A stretch of 52,413 bases of DNA, filler included, from Jimgerdemannia flammicorona (Eukaryota): NCBI GenBank assembly GCA_003990765.1. It is 2 parts of 2 records of this genome, joined end to end, with 100 filler letters (N's around TTAATTAATTAA, not from the genome) between each part and the next. Parts side by side here need not be neighbours in the genome. Positions count along the whole stretch, not along the records: positions 26,259 to 52,413 come from RBNJ01000755.1; 1 more part is not named here. The stretch is one strand, 5' to 3'. Below, in pieces: positions 36,941 to 47,914 of this stretch. Under the pieces are notes generated by a model, which was given only the letters and a program-made list of their open reading frames with translations, did not search any database and had not been told where the DNA came from. Position 1 is the stretch's first letter. Every line of letters begins with the position of its first letter. A program made the position numbers and the translations under genes.

Positions 36941-38350
36941 CAAGCATCTCAAAGAATATAAAAGAAGGATGAAAGAACTGCAGTAGCAGCAACCAACAAG
37001 ACCCACTAATCCCAAAATAGCCCAAAGACTTACTACAAATGAAATGCCTACTGCTAACCAAACCTCAAGATCAAGAAACCACTAAGACACCTCAGTCAAA
37101 GAAAGAATGTTCCAAGACATCAGAAGAGCCATGAGGACCCACACAAGAATGACTCCTAGTGTCAACCTGGGTATTGCAGATCCTTATCACTTTATACTCT
37201 ATCACTATGAAATGGAAACAAGGGTCATCATTGATACCAAATGCCTCCAAATATTGCAGGAGTATGAAATAGAAAACCTCCTCTGCCAGGAGTTCCCACA
37301 GACCAGCCCTCAAGAGTTATAAGATGCCACCTCCATGGATATATGTGAAGCAAGGACAGCTAAGAAGATCTATCAGATCTTCAGGCATGCACTATGCTCA
37401 ATCTCCAACTTGGAGTATGTTAGAGTCTCAGACTTCAGAGACCTGTCAGCCTGCCATATCAATGCACTAGAAGCCAGGGTGGCTACAGAAGCCCAGTCCA
37501 CTATCACCCTCAATAGTGATGAAGTAGAAGACTTCTGGTATCCCATTCTTCATGACAACTCAAACCAATTTCTACAAGGATTGATCTCAGTATTCGAAGG
37601 CCCAAGATCCCACATTTGTTCTCTATTTTGTAGAAGAGAACCTTATAGACTGGAGAGCCCCAGATCTCCTTGTTCCTGCCACCACTGCCACTGAATGTGA
37701 TGATGTCATTGGTGATGATGTCATTCCATGTGGCATATGTGAAGCACACAAAGCATGCAAAGTACATAAAATGCATGACCTATGTGATGATAATAAATTC
37801 GTGGACCTTATATCCTTTGAAGACATCCTGACCTCTGATGAGAATGAAGCCCCTATGGTCTTGAACATTCTGCTCTAAAGTCCTTTGGTTATACTGAATT
37901 ATGCCAGCACTGACATTCTGATGTGATACTGAAATTATGTCAGCACCAGCATTCTGATGTATTACTGAAATTATACCAGTATCCTGAACCTGTACAACCA
38001 TCAGTACCAACCCTGAAACTTAGTAGTTTTTCCTATCCTGGCATTTTATTTTAGTTATTGGAATATATATTTAGCTTTATATCTTAGTAACCATTGAATT
38101 ATATTTTGTATAAATACCTCTCTTATTTTTTCTGAAATAAAGTCAGTTCCTCTCAGTACAATACACACAATTCCTTGCATGTAATCTAAAGAGATAACAA
38201 GACAGTTTAAAGATAAGAAGTTTGAGGACTATAAGACCTTGGAAAGGTACTTCAATAAGAACTTGCTTATAACAAACTTGAGTTAGTCTAAGAGATATAC
38301 CTTGAAGAGAATCTGACATATTTGAAGGACTCAGTAACCACTATGTGACA
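36941..38350 (+). mobile_element. 3' part of an LTR element (family B): degenerate ORF (~36963-37694) then LTR ending at 38350; LTR start not resolved
   Basis: TATAAATA (~38109) then AATAAA (~38136), ...TGTGACA terminus, homology to 1-177, short internal direct repeats at ~37890-37985. It abuts and truncates the family-A 3' LTR. Confidence 0.65.
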
Positions 38351-38492
38351 TTATACAGTTTTCTGTAGCAATGGTTGCTGGTTACTATGCTGTATATTTA
38401 TATCATCTGGCTAATTGTTTGCATCATCTAGCTAATTGTTTGTGTCATCTAGCTAAGATATAATTTGGGTGATATGTCTTTGGTTTGTCACA

Positions 38493-39107
38493 TCAGCCCC
38501 CACTGAAGGATAGTCTATCCCAGACTGTTCTTCAGTCATCATCCCAGTGTGGGTAAGCATCTTCTGCATCAATACCTATTCTATCATCTTTGTCATCTGT
38601 ACTATGGTTACTCTATTCCAAGGGTTCTTCTTCTTCTTCTGGGAATAGGATTTCAACAGCATTGATGATGCTCAGGTAGGTGGCCAGATTCATTCCTCAT
38701 ACATCCCACCAGGAGAATTGTGCTTGTAACAAGGCTGCAGGGTTACATTTATAAAGAGTATAAAGCCTATCTGCAGCAGTAATATCTCTTCTTGATAGTC
38801 CTGTAGTACTTCAGATATATGTTTGTTCTGGAGCTGGGAGATTCTGCAATTATTCTCCAATTGCATAGTGGGCCTGAAGTTGGTGGACCTGTAGCAATCG
38901 TCTGGCCAGGACAAGATTCTCTTGATGAATCTGAACTCTCTGAAGAGTATTTCCATTGACTTCTCGGAATTGGGATAGAGAGACTGGCAGTGATTGAAAT
39001 GAGCTGAGGATAAGAGTCTGAAGATGGTTGTCAACTCTCTGATTCATGATGTGAGAAGTATATCTTGAGGTGGTTGATATGTACTGGTGTCCTGAGGGTT
39101 TGTCCAT
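38493..39107 (-). pseudogene. Extra ORF (~200 codons) between integrase and PPT, unknown function
   Basis: MDKPSGHQY...HYAIGE*LQNLPAPEQTYI*STTGLSRRDITAADRLYTLYKCNPAALLQAQFSWWD continues in one frame through TAA/TGA stops explicable as single C>T changes. Confidence 0.55.
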
Positions 39108-39109
39108 CC

Positions 39110-40030
39110 ATGCTTCTTAAATAGATGCTGGTTCCTCTGATGTTGTATACTAAATAGGGTCCTTCCCATTTGGACTCCAGTTTGGTAGCAAAATTTGTTT
39201 CAATCATGCTTCTCCAAACTAGTACTTGATCTCCAATCTTGATCTTCTGGTCCTTCTGTTTCTAGTCATAGTCCTTCTTTTGTCTTTCTTGGGCTTTGGT
39301 AATCTGAACTTGGGCCTGATTACATAACTGTTCTGCCTTCTTGAAGAGGTCTCTGAGATTCTCATGGTCAGCAGTTCTGGTTTTCTTGGCAAACATCATT
39401 TCGAATGGCTTTTGTTTGGTGGAGGCAGCAGGGGTGTTCTAAATTTCCCATAGGATCTCAGGTAAGCAGAGGTCCCAATTAATAGGATTGACTTGGGCAA
39501 GTCCTTTCTTGATTGTCTGATTTATTCTTTATGTCATGCCATTGGTCTGAGGGTGGTATGATGTGGTCTATTTGAGGTGGATCTTGTGAATTCAGGTATA
39601 ACTTGTAATTATATTGTTGATGAATTCTGTACCTTAGTCAGAGATGAGTTCTTCTGGGGGTCCATATCTGAGTGTGAGTCCATGGAGAAGGCCTACAATG
39701 GTTAAGGCATCTGAGATTTCCATTGGGAAAGTTTTGGACAACTTAGTCAGATGTTCTATAAATACAAGGATGTATTTGTTTCTTTTTGGTATAACTGGTA
39801 GGAGTTCAATTATATCTATTCCCTATCTCTGAAAGATATTGTCTAGTGGTGTGATTGGTTATAATGGTGCTTGGTAGTTCTTCCTTCCTTGGTACTTCTG
39901 GCAGGTATTGCATTTCTTGAGTATGTCCCAGACTTGTATCCTTAGGTTGGGCCAATGTTGGTATATTGTTCACAGCTTCTCTTCTATATTTACCTATCCT
40001 TGGTGGGCTTTCTGATGTTCTTTTTGGATG
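39110..40030 (-). pseudogene. Integrase of element A
   Basis: HWPNL...CNTCQ, GIDIIE, SD*GTEF, SYHPQTNGMT, WDLCLPEILW and GPY/F-type WEGPY motifs on the minus strand. Confidence 0.85.
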
Positions 40031-40129
40031 AGATTTTCTTGTGCCTCAATGGTCTTGGGAGCTTTCTTTAAGATATAGTTCCTCAGGACACTCTTCTTCT
40101 GGTTCATTGGGGCTGCTGGAAAAGTACAT

Positions 40130-41490
40130 CAACATTGTTGTGAGCTTTTCCTGCTTTGTGGATGATGGTGATTTTGTAATTCTGAAGGATAAGGATCCAG
40201 CAGGCTAAGATTCTGGTGGGTTCCTTGTGGTTGAATAACTATTTGAGAGCTGCATGGTCTGTGATCAGAGTGAATCTTTTTCCAATGAAGTAATGTTTGA
40301 ACAGAGTACTGCCCATATGACTGCAAGGCATTCCAGTTTAATGCTACCATAGTTCATCTACTGCTGATTGATAGCTTGGCTTGCATAAGCTATCATATGG
40401 TATTGTTGGTCAGATCCTTCTTGGGCTAGAACTGCTCTGAGGCCATCTTTAGAAGTATCTGTGTACAAGATGAATTGCTTCTGTAGATTGGGGCATACAA
40501 GAATTGGTACTGTGGTCATGTGGTTCTTGAGTTCCTTGAAGGCTTTTTCTTGTGATTCTGTCTATTTGTAAGGTACTCCTTTCTTGAGAAGGACTTGGAT
40601 AGGGGCAGTAATCTGGGCAAAGTTCTTGATAAACCTTCTATAGTAGGATACTAGCATCAGGAATGATAATGTTTCCTTTGGGGTCTTGGGTACTGACCAG
40701 TTGTTGATCTTCTCAGTTTTCTTTGGGTCTGCATGGGTTCCTTCTTTTGAAACTATGAATCTAAGGAATTTGAGTTTTTGTTTCCTGAAGTAGTATTTCT
40801 TTGCATTTAATCTCAAGTGGTTCTTGCAGGTGAGCTTGAAGAATTCCTCTAGGTGATGCAGGTATTCTTTGAAATTTGCTGAATAGATGTTGGAATCATC
40901 CATGTATACAATCAGGCAGGGGTGGATCAAGGGGACATAGACTGAATTCATCATCCTCTGAAAGGTGGGGGGGTATATTGCAAAGTCTAAAGGGCATTTA
41001 GAGATATTTAAACAGTTTTCCTAGAGTAAGGAAGGCTGTCTTTTGAATGTCTTTGGGGTCCATAGAGATCTCATGGAATCCTGTGAAAAGGTCCATACTG
41101 CTGAAGTATCTGGTATCTTGTAACTGATCCAAAGGTCATCAATTCTGGGCAAAGGATATGCATCCTTTTCAGTGACTGAATTGAGTTACCTGTAGTCTAC
41201 ACAGAGTCTCCATCCTCTCTTCTTTGGTACAATAAGTATAGGGCTGGCCCAAGGGCTGGTAGAGGGTCAGATGACTCCATTGTCTAAGAGTTCTTGAATG
41301 TGCTCCTTTTTGAATGTTTTCAAGTGATGGGGTATTCTATAGGGTTTCTGCTGAATTGGTGTTGCATTTTCTGTATTTATGCTGTAGTGATATGATGAGT
41401 TATATATCAGGTTGCCAAAGTTGGTGGTGAAGATATTTTGATATTTGTTGAGAAGTTCTACTAGTTGCTGCTGCTGCTGGGGCATCAATT
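40130..41490 (-). pseudogene. Reverse transcriptase + RNase H of element A
   Basis: PIQQKPYRIP, LCVDYR*LN, DAYPLPRID, VYMDD, LVSYYRRFIKNFAQITAPI, FILYTDTS. Confidence 0.92.
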
Positions 41491-41923
41491 CTTCTCCAAT
41501 GTTGGTGGAAGGATTTACTGTCTCCTGGGTCGCAGAGGGGCCTTTCCTTTCTTCTGAGACCCTTTGCTATTTCCTGATAGGTTTAGTTCATAAACTTTTC
41601 TATAATTTCAGTTGAAAAAATGCACCAGATGCCCTGATGGTTCCTTTTGACAAGATGATGGTCTCCCAACTTTGGTTGGTTGCTCAGGAGTGCACTGGGT
41701 TCATCTTGTCAAGGAAGGTATATCCTTCTATGTCCAGGTGTGGTATATCTTCATTGGGTTCAAAGAAGAGATTTATGGAGTCAGGTGGTACAAAGATTTT
41801 GAAGGTGGTTTGCTCTCCAGGCTCCAGAATGAGGCTCTTGTGCAGTTTGACTGGTTGGTGATATACTTGCTGGGGGACATTCCTCTTGAGGTAGTTGACT
41901 TGAAGGAGATGTACTTCCTTCTT

Positions 41924-42265
41924 GTCTGAACTTCCAAATCCTTTAGCTTGTCTTGTTCCTTCAGTCAGTTCAGAGACTTCTTATAATTGTGTGGTCTTGA
42001 CTTTCATGAAGTCTGCTTGGGCAATCTTCTGTTCTTTAATGATTTGGTGCCATTTTGCACTGCTATTATAAAGGATGACTTTGATTTTGCCTGTATATCC
42101 TGAGTCAATAGTTCCTCCTTCTACAGTTATCTCTTATCTGGCAAGTCCAGACCTTGAGGTCAGTTGGATATAGGCTCCTTGGGGTGGCTGCATGGCTAGT
42201 CCAGTTCTGATCATGAATGTTTTTTCAGGCTTGATAGATTCATCCTCCAGACTGTGAAGGTCATA
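41924..42265 (-). pseudogene. dUTPase domain within pol of element A
   Basis: All five trimeric-dUTPase motifs in order: YDL, SRSGLA, GGTIDSGYTG, KIAQ, RQAKGFGSS; one in-frame TAA at ~42134. Confidence 0.9.
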
Positions 42266-43619
42266 CTGGATGGGCTTTGGTCAGGGGTTTGGCCTTGAGA
42301 TGTAGCAGGGCATACTGGGCAATATCCTTACTGAGTTTGGGCTGTCCTAGGGCTGAAGCTCTACTAGCAGAGAGCCTCCAGGCTCTGAGGTTGAGGTGTG
42401 ACCATCTGGTTCCAGTAGAGGGGTCTCAGAAATAGTTGATTCCTCTTCTTCCTATTGGGTCTAGGGCTTCCATGAAGTTGGTGGCATCTTCTACCCATCC
42501 TTAATGGGTTGCATGTCTAATGAGAGCTAGGATGTCTTCTTCCAAATTGTAGATCTTGAGAGTTCTTCTTTCTGACTTCCTGGTTTGGCCTTTTTGGATC
42601 TGGCTTCAGTTATCTCCTCTCTTCAATGTGTGGATTGCAACATCATGACTGAGATAGATCTTCTGATGCCTGTAGTCTCAGAAATCTGGGTGTCTTCCAT
42701 AGTTGCAATATCCCATTGCTTGGAAATTATGTTCTCAGTTGTTGATCTCTTGTTGTCTTGGGAATTGGTACCCATCTTGGTTATAAGTTGGTGGAAGAGT
42801 AGACAAGAAGAATACTTCTGTCTGGGTGAAGAGGCCTTGTCCTCTGAATTGGCTTTGCAACTTGGTGGTAACTTCCTGGAAGATAGTTGACTGTGCAACT
42901 GTGTTTGGGGGTTCTGGTCTCTGGGGTCTCTGTCTCTCCTATTGGTCTAGTAGATAGCACTGATAGCAGTAGTCTTGGGGAGAGTGGAAGACCATTTGGT
43001 GTGGACATCTTCCTAGCTGAAAAGCCTTTTCTTGGTGAGTTTCTTTCTTGGGAATAATGGTGATTATACTGGGTCCTTCTTCTATGTTCCAAGGGTCATT
43101 ATCTTCAGATGGTGTCCAGCAAGAGTTATCCCAGGGAATGAGTTCAGGGACTTCTTCCTCTTCAGGTACTTCTTGTTCAGGAGCTTCTTGGTCAGGAACT
43201 TCTTCTCTCTCAGATATTTCTTGTTCCCAAATTTCTTGCACTTCTGCAGCTTTGGCTGCAGATATTTCTGGAGCATGTCTGCATTTCTTCTTCTTCTTTC
43301 TGCACTCAGAGCAGGCTGTACCAGGCGAATTCCTTTTCCCAATGATCTTGGAGGAATGCTCAGAACACTTGTGTCTCTTGAGGCAGGTGAGAAATCCTTT
43401 GATTTCTCCTGCAATGGCTCCAATAGTAATGGGGATAGTGATCTTGGCCCACACATTGTCTTCTGGTCTATCATCTACCAGGTTAATTCAGAGATTAAGT
43501 CTGGGGTCATTTCCATCTTCAGATTCCTCCTCCTCCTCTGTGGTAGACACTTCACTGCTGGTATATTCTTCCTGAATGGTGCCCTTCTTCTTCTTCTTTG
43601 ATTGCTCATAGCTAGTCAT

Positions 43620-43990
43620 CTTAACTCTGTACTTCTTGCCTTGGTAGTCAAACTTGAGTACTTGTTGTCCAATATCAACAACTGCATTCATTTCCTTCAT
43701 CCAGTTGGTGCCAAGGATCATGTCATAGGTGACAGCTTCAGTGACAACAGCTTTGGGGATAGAGAACTGAATGTGTCCAAGAGAAATAGTGATGTTTTGT
43801 ACTTCTCCAAGAGGTTGAGTTTGGGCTCCATCTGTTACTATGATGCTGAGGTTGGACAGTCTATCAATGGGCCATTGGAGGGTGTCCAGGAACCATTTGG
43901 CAATGACACAGACAGCTGCTCTTGTGTCTATGAGGATTTTCGCCTTTTGTCCTCCAATATTTCTATATAGGTAGGTGCTGACATATCTTT
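43620..43990 (-). pseudogene. Aspartic protease of element A
   Basis: ILIDTRAAVCVI (DTG decayed to DTR by G>A) and DMILGTNWMKEMNAVVD. Confidence 0.85.
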
Positions 43991-44449
43991 CAGCTGCTTG
44001 GACAGAGATGGGGGCTGGTTCTTGCTGTGGGATTGGAGCTCAGCCAGTGTTAGACCTGGTGGTTCTCAGTAATTTATTTCAAACTCCAGCTAGTGTCAGT
44101 TGCAGGAACTGCAGGAGAGGGACTTCCATCTTGGCTTCTTGAATCTTCTGCCAGGCTTCATTGTAGATATCTCTAGACATAGTCTTCAGGGTGTACTTCT
44201 TCTTGGGGTTTGAAGCAGCAGGTTCCTGTTGTTCTTGTTCCATTTCTTCATCCTCTGGTGGTAGCTCATTTGTCTTGGGAACAAAAGGTAGAGGAGGCTG
44301 GAGAGGTATTTCTACTTATTCCTCTTTATGTTCTTCATCTTCCTCTCAGATGATTCTTCTGCTGATATTCCTGGATGGTCTTCCTATAGGTCTCTTCCTT
44401 TTCTCTGCTGGATAGACTTTTTTCTGAGCAGTAATCTTGGTAGGGTACA

Positions 44450-45648
44450 AGTCTAGGTTACTGTAGTCTTCACTGTTGCTTGCTTCCTCAAAATCTTCAA
44501 TAGGATGAACCTCAGTCTTTTTGTACTAAGTGTCATTCCTTTGGTTTGATGATTCTGAGTCCCTTCAGTCACTTCTTTTGTTATCACATTCAGTGGCATA
44601 ATGTCCAAATTGTCTACAGTGAAAGCATTGGACTTGGGCTCTGTCTCAGATAGAGTATCTTCTTTCTTCTTGCTGGTAATTCCTATTATCTCTTGGTGGA
44701 TAACCTTGGCTCCTCTGTGGTGGATATCCTTTGTTGTCTTGGTAGCTCCAATTTTCGTGTGTGGTGAGTTTTTCAATCTGTCCAACCAATCAATCCAACT
44801 TGGAGCTGAGATCTTGGATTTCACTTCTGTCCTTCTTTCCTTCTTTGGCTTCTTTCTTCAGATCTTTCTTGTCCTTGAAGGAGTCCTTGTAGGGCTTTGA
44901 CCAGGATGTCTTCTTTATCTTCTTTCTTATCATGATCACTCCAGGTAATTCCTTGTCTGACATCAAAGAATCCTTGGGCTGCATCTACTTGCTCTTCAGA
45001 TCTTCTGATGTCTAGGGTGTGGACATGCTGGGCAATGTTCAGTGGAAATCCATTCATAAAGGTCATTGGACCTATGATGTCCTGGTTGGTGGCATTGAAC
45101 CCAGCAGTATACATTCTGTTCTGGATTCTTGTGAAGAAAGCTCTGGGCAATTCTCCAAGATTCATCTTCATCCCCATGATAAATTCTTGAGCCTTGTGGT
45201 GGGTTTCATTTTCTGCATACTTTTCGATGAGCCAGTAGACCATAGCCACATATTCTAGCTCATAAGACATTGCTGCTTGTATCTGTCTCACTAGTTCTGA
45301 ATTTGGGTTATATGCTGTTTGGTGGAAGATTCCTCTGGCTGGTTCTCTGAGCTGAGCCTTGGAGATAGTGATTTTTCTTTCATCTGAGAGATTTCTCAGG
45401 GCTGCAATTCCTTCAATTCCATCAAGGAATTCTCTAGGGTCTTCCTCTGGGTATCCTGTAAAGGTTGGCAGTGAGGTGGCCATTTTGTTACCACTTTCTT
45501 CTGATTCTGGTTCTGGTCTGGATTCTGATTCTGGTTCACTTTCTGAGCTATTACTGGAGATAGGGGTGCTTGGGTATCCTGAGGATGGTGTTCTGGACCT
45601 TAGACAAAGTGGAATGAGCCTAGGTATTCTTGTAGGAGCTACTTCCAA
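44450..45648 (-). pseudogene. gag of element A (capsid + CCHC zinc knuckle); may extend upstream to ~46010
   Basis: LPTFTGYPEEDPREFLDGIE capsid start; CFHCRQFGHYATEC knuckle at ~44587-44628; frameshift near 44830-44900. Confidence 0.85.
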
Positions 45649-46021
45649 TTCTATAAGAACTTGTGGTAAAGGTTCTATTGGTGAGATTGATGGGCCTGAT
45701 ATGGGATATCTGTCTGTAAGATCTCAGGCTTATATAATGAGATCTTCTAGTTCTTGTACAAGTTCTTCAAAATCTCCAACAGGGCCACCAGTGTTTTCTA
45801 GTTGATCTGGTTGGGGATGTCAGGCTATACTGGCTTCTGGTTCTGGTTGAGATCCTTCTGATGCTGGGTAGTTGGCAAGTCTTGATGTGATTACTTCTCT
45901 TTCTGTCCATATGCTGGTGATAACTGGTTCTCCTGTAGTGGCAGAGATTGGTGTTGTATCAAATATATCCAGTTTGACTGTGGGTTCTTGTGAGCTGAAA
46001 AGTCACATCAATTTTGAAAGT

Positions 46022-46039
46022 TTCCCAGTTGACCCTCCA
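46022..46039 (-). promoter_or_regulatory. Primer-binding site TGGAGGGTCAACTGGGAA of element A
   Basis: Starts with TGG two nucleotides after the LTR's CA. Its complement fits a tRNA 3' end with a U discriminator; tRNA-Cys (or Gln) is inferred, not verified. Confidence 0.75.
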
Positions 46040-46041
46040 AA

Positions 46042-47542
46042 TGTAACATGCCTGGCTCAATGGAGGCAAATTACAAGGTTGGGGGTTGATGTAGTTTGGC
46101 TTGAGCCCCCAGTTACTTTGTTAAAAGCAACAAAATGTTCTAAGATTCCTGAGGTCCTTGGTGTTTAGTGGTATAATAGTCAAAGTGGGATATCTGCGAG
46201 TGATTTCCTTATTGGGATAGTTCTCTGGGAGTAGCAGCGATTTGTTTGAATGGGTTTCCTTCTTAGGTCAACTGGGAATTGGCAGAATTTCGTGTGTAGC
46301 ACGAGCAGTTTCCTTATGTGTGACAGTCTGGCAATTTAGCGGTTTTCCTTCTTGAGTGGCGGCGATCTCTTGTGTGATGATCTCTGTGTAGCCGATTTCT
46401 GGCATGGCATTCTTGGCGGACTTCTTTATGCGGATTTAGTGGATAACTCGATTTGGTGCAGATTCTCCAAAAGTGGCGGGCTTCTTGAATGTCGCAGATT
46501 CTTCTTACTGGGAATTATACTGGCAGCGGATTCTTCTGTATCGGCTCACTGGGAACAAATGAATAACTCAGCGGCGAGTAACTCAGATAACTCGGATAAC
46601 TCAGATGTCACGGATTCTTCCTGAATTGGCAGCTTCAACTGGGAATACGGATAACTTGAAAATAGCAGATGACGCGGATTCTCCTGAATCGGCGGACTTC
46701 TTGAAAACGGCAGCTTCAACTGGGAATTAACTCGGATGGCATGAGTTCTTCCAAATCGGGCTCTTCTGGGAATAATAACTCGGATGGCGTGGATTTTTCC
46801 TGAATTGGTGGCTTCAACTGGGAAATGTGCTGGCGGCTTCTTGGAAAGGGTCTCTTGGTAAAGTTGCATCAAAGACTGGCTTCATTTGCATGAATGGATC
46901 ACTGCAAAGTTGTGTCAGAAACTGGCTTAAGCAAGGCAGCTTTCTCTTAGGCAGTGGAAACTGGGGTTCTTCAGGCTTATCTGGCAAGTGTACCAATAAC
47001 AATAATTCCAAAGGCAGCAAAGTTCTTCCTTGAACTTGGCAGCAAAATCAGCCTTGTATTGGAAAGTGGACCAGAGTGGGGAAATAAGCTCACAATCTCC
47101 TAGCAGTGGCTGTAGAGTTCCTCTTGAAGTGTGGTAGGCAGACTTGTCTGTTGCTTTAATTTCAGACTCTTCTTTGTATTGGAAAGCAAACTGGAGTTGA
47201 AATGTGTTCTGATTTTCAGACTGAGGTTTATTCACTCTTGTCTCTGGGGTATTTTATACAGTTGTGGTTGCTATCTAGTTACTACATTGCTAATTATAGA
47301 TTACTATCTATGGCAAGTGTTCAGGTCTTGCATGGGTGTGCAGATCTTGCACAGGTGTGCAGGTCTTACACAGATATACCTTATCTGGTAGTCTGGCTAT
47401 TTATACAGTTTTCTGCAGCAATGGTTGCTGGTTACTATGCTGTGTGTTTGCATCATCTGGCTAATTGTTTGCATCATCTAGCTAATTATTTGTGTCATCT
47501 AGCTAAGATATAATTCAGGTGGTATATCTTTGATTTGTCACA
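46042..47542 (-). repeat. 5' LTR of element A (~1.5 kb)
   Basis: Termini TGTAACA...TGTCACA on +; minus-strand TATAAA (~47253-47258) then AATAAA (~47228-47233); homologous to 38351-38492 and 26528-27639. Confidence 0.9.
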
Positions 47543-47914
47543 CTATAAAGACATGTCAGCACCTATCTATATGGAGATATTGGAGGACAACAGATGAAAA
47601 TTCTCATAAACACAGAAGTAGCTGTCAGTATCATCATCAAATAATTCCTGGATACCCTCTAATGGCCCATTGATGGAATATCTAATCTCAGCATTATAGT
47701 AGCAGATGGAGCCTGAACTCAACCTCTTGGAGAAGTATGAAACATCACTATCTCCCTGGGATACATTCAGTTCTCAATTCCAAATGCTGTTATCACTAAA
47801 GCTATTACTTATAATATGATTCTTGGTACCAACTAGATGAAGGAAATGAATAGAGTTGTTAATATCAGTTAGTAAGTACTCAAGTTTGACTACTGAGGTA
47901 AGAAGTACAGAGTT
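47543..47914 (+). mobile_element. Protease-region fragment of an older family-A-like element, opposite orientation
   Basis: Homologous to the reverse complement of ~43620-43995 (e.g. ATGATTCTTGGTACCAACTAGATGAAGGAAATGAAT); more decayed. Confidence 0.85.

Larger units (their letters stand above)
38351..47542 (-). mobile_element. Near-complete Ty3/Gypsy LTR retrotransposon (family A): 5'LTR-PBS-gag-PR-insert-dUTPase-RT-RH-IN-ORF3-PPT-3'LTR (truncated); inactivated
   Basis: 38351-38492 matches 47401-47542 (direct LTR repeat); PPT-like AGTGGGGGCTGA precedes the 3' LTR; domain order PR-RT-RH-IN; many in-frame stops. Confidence 0.93.
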
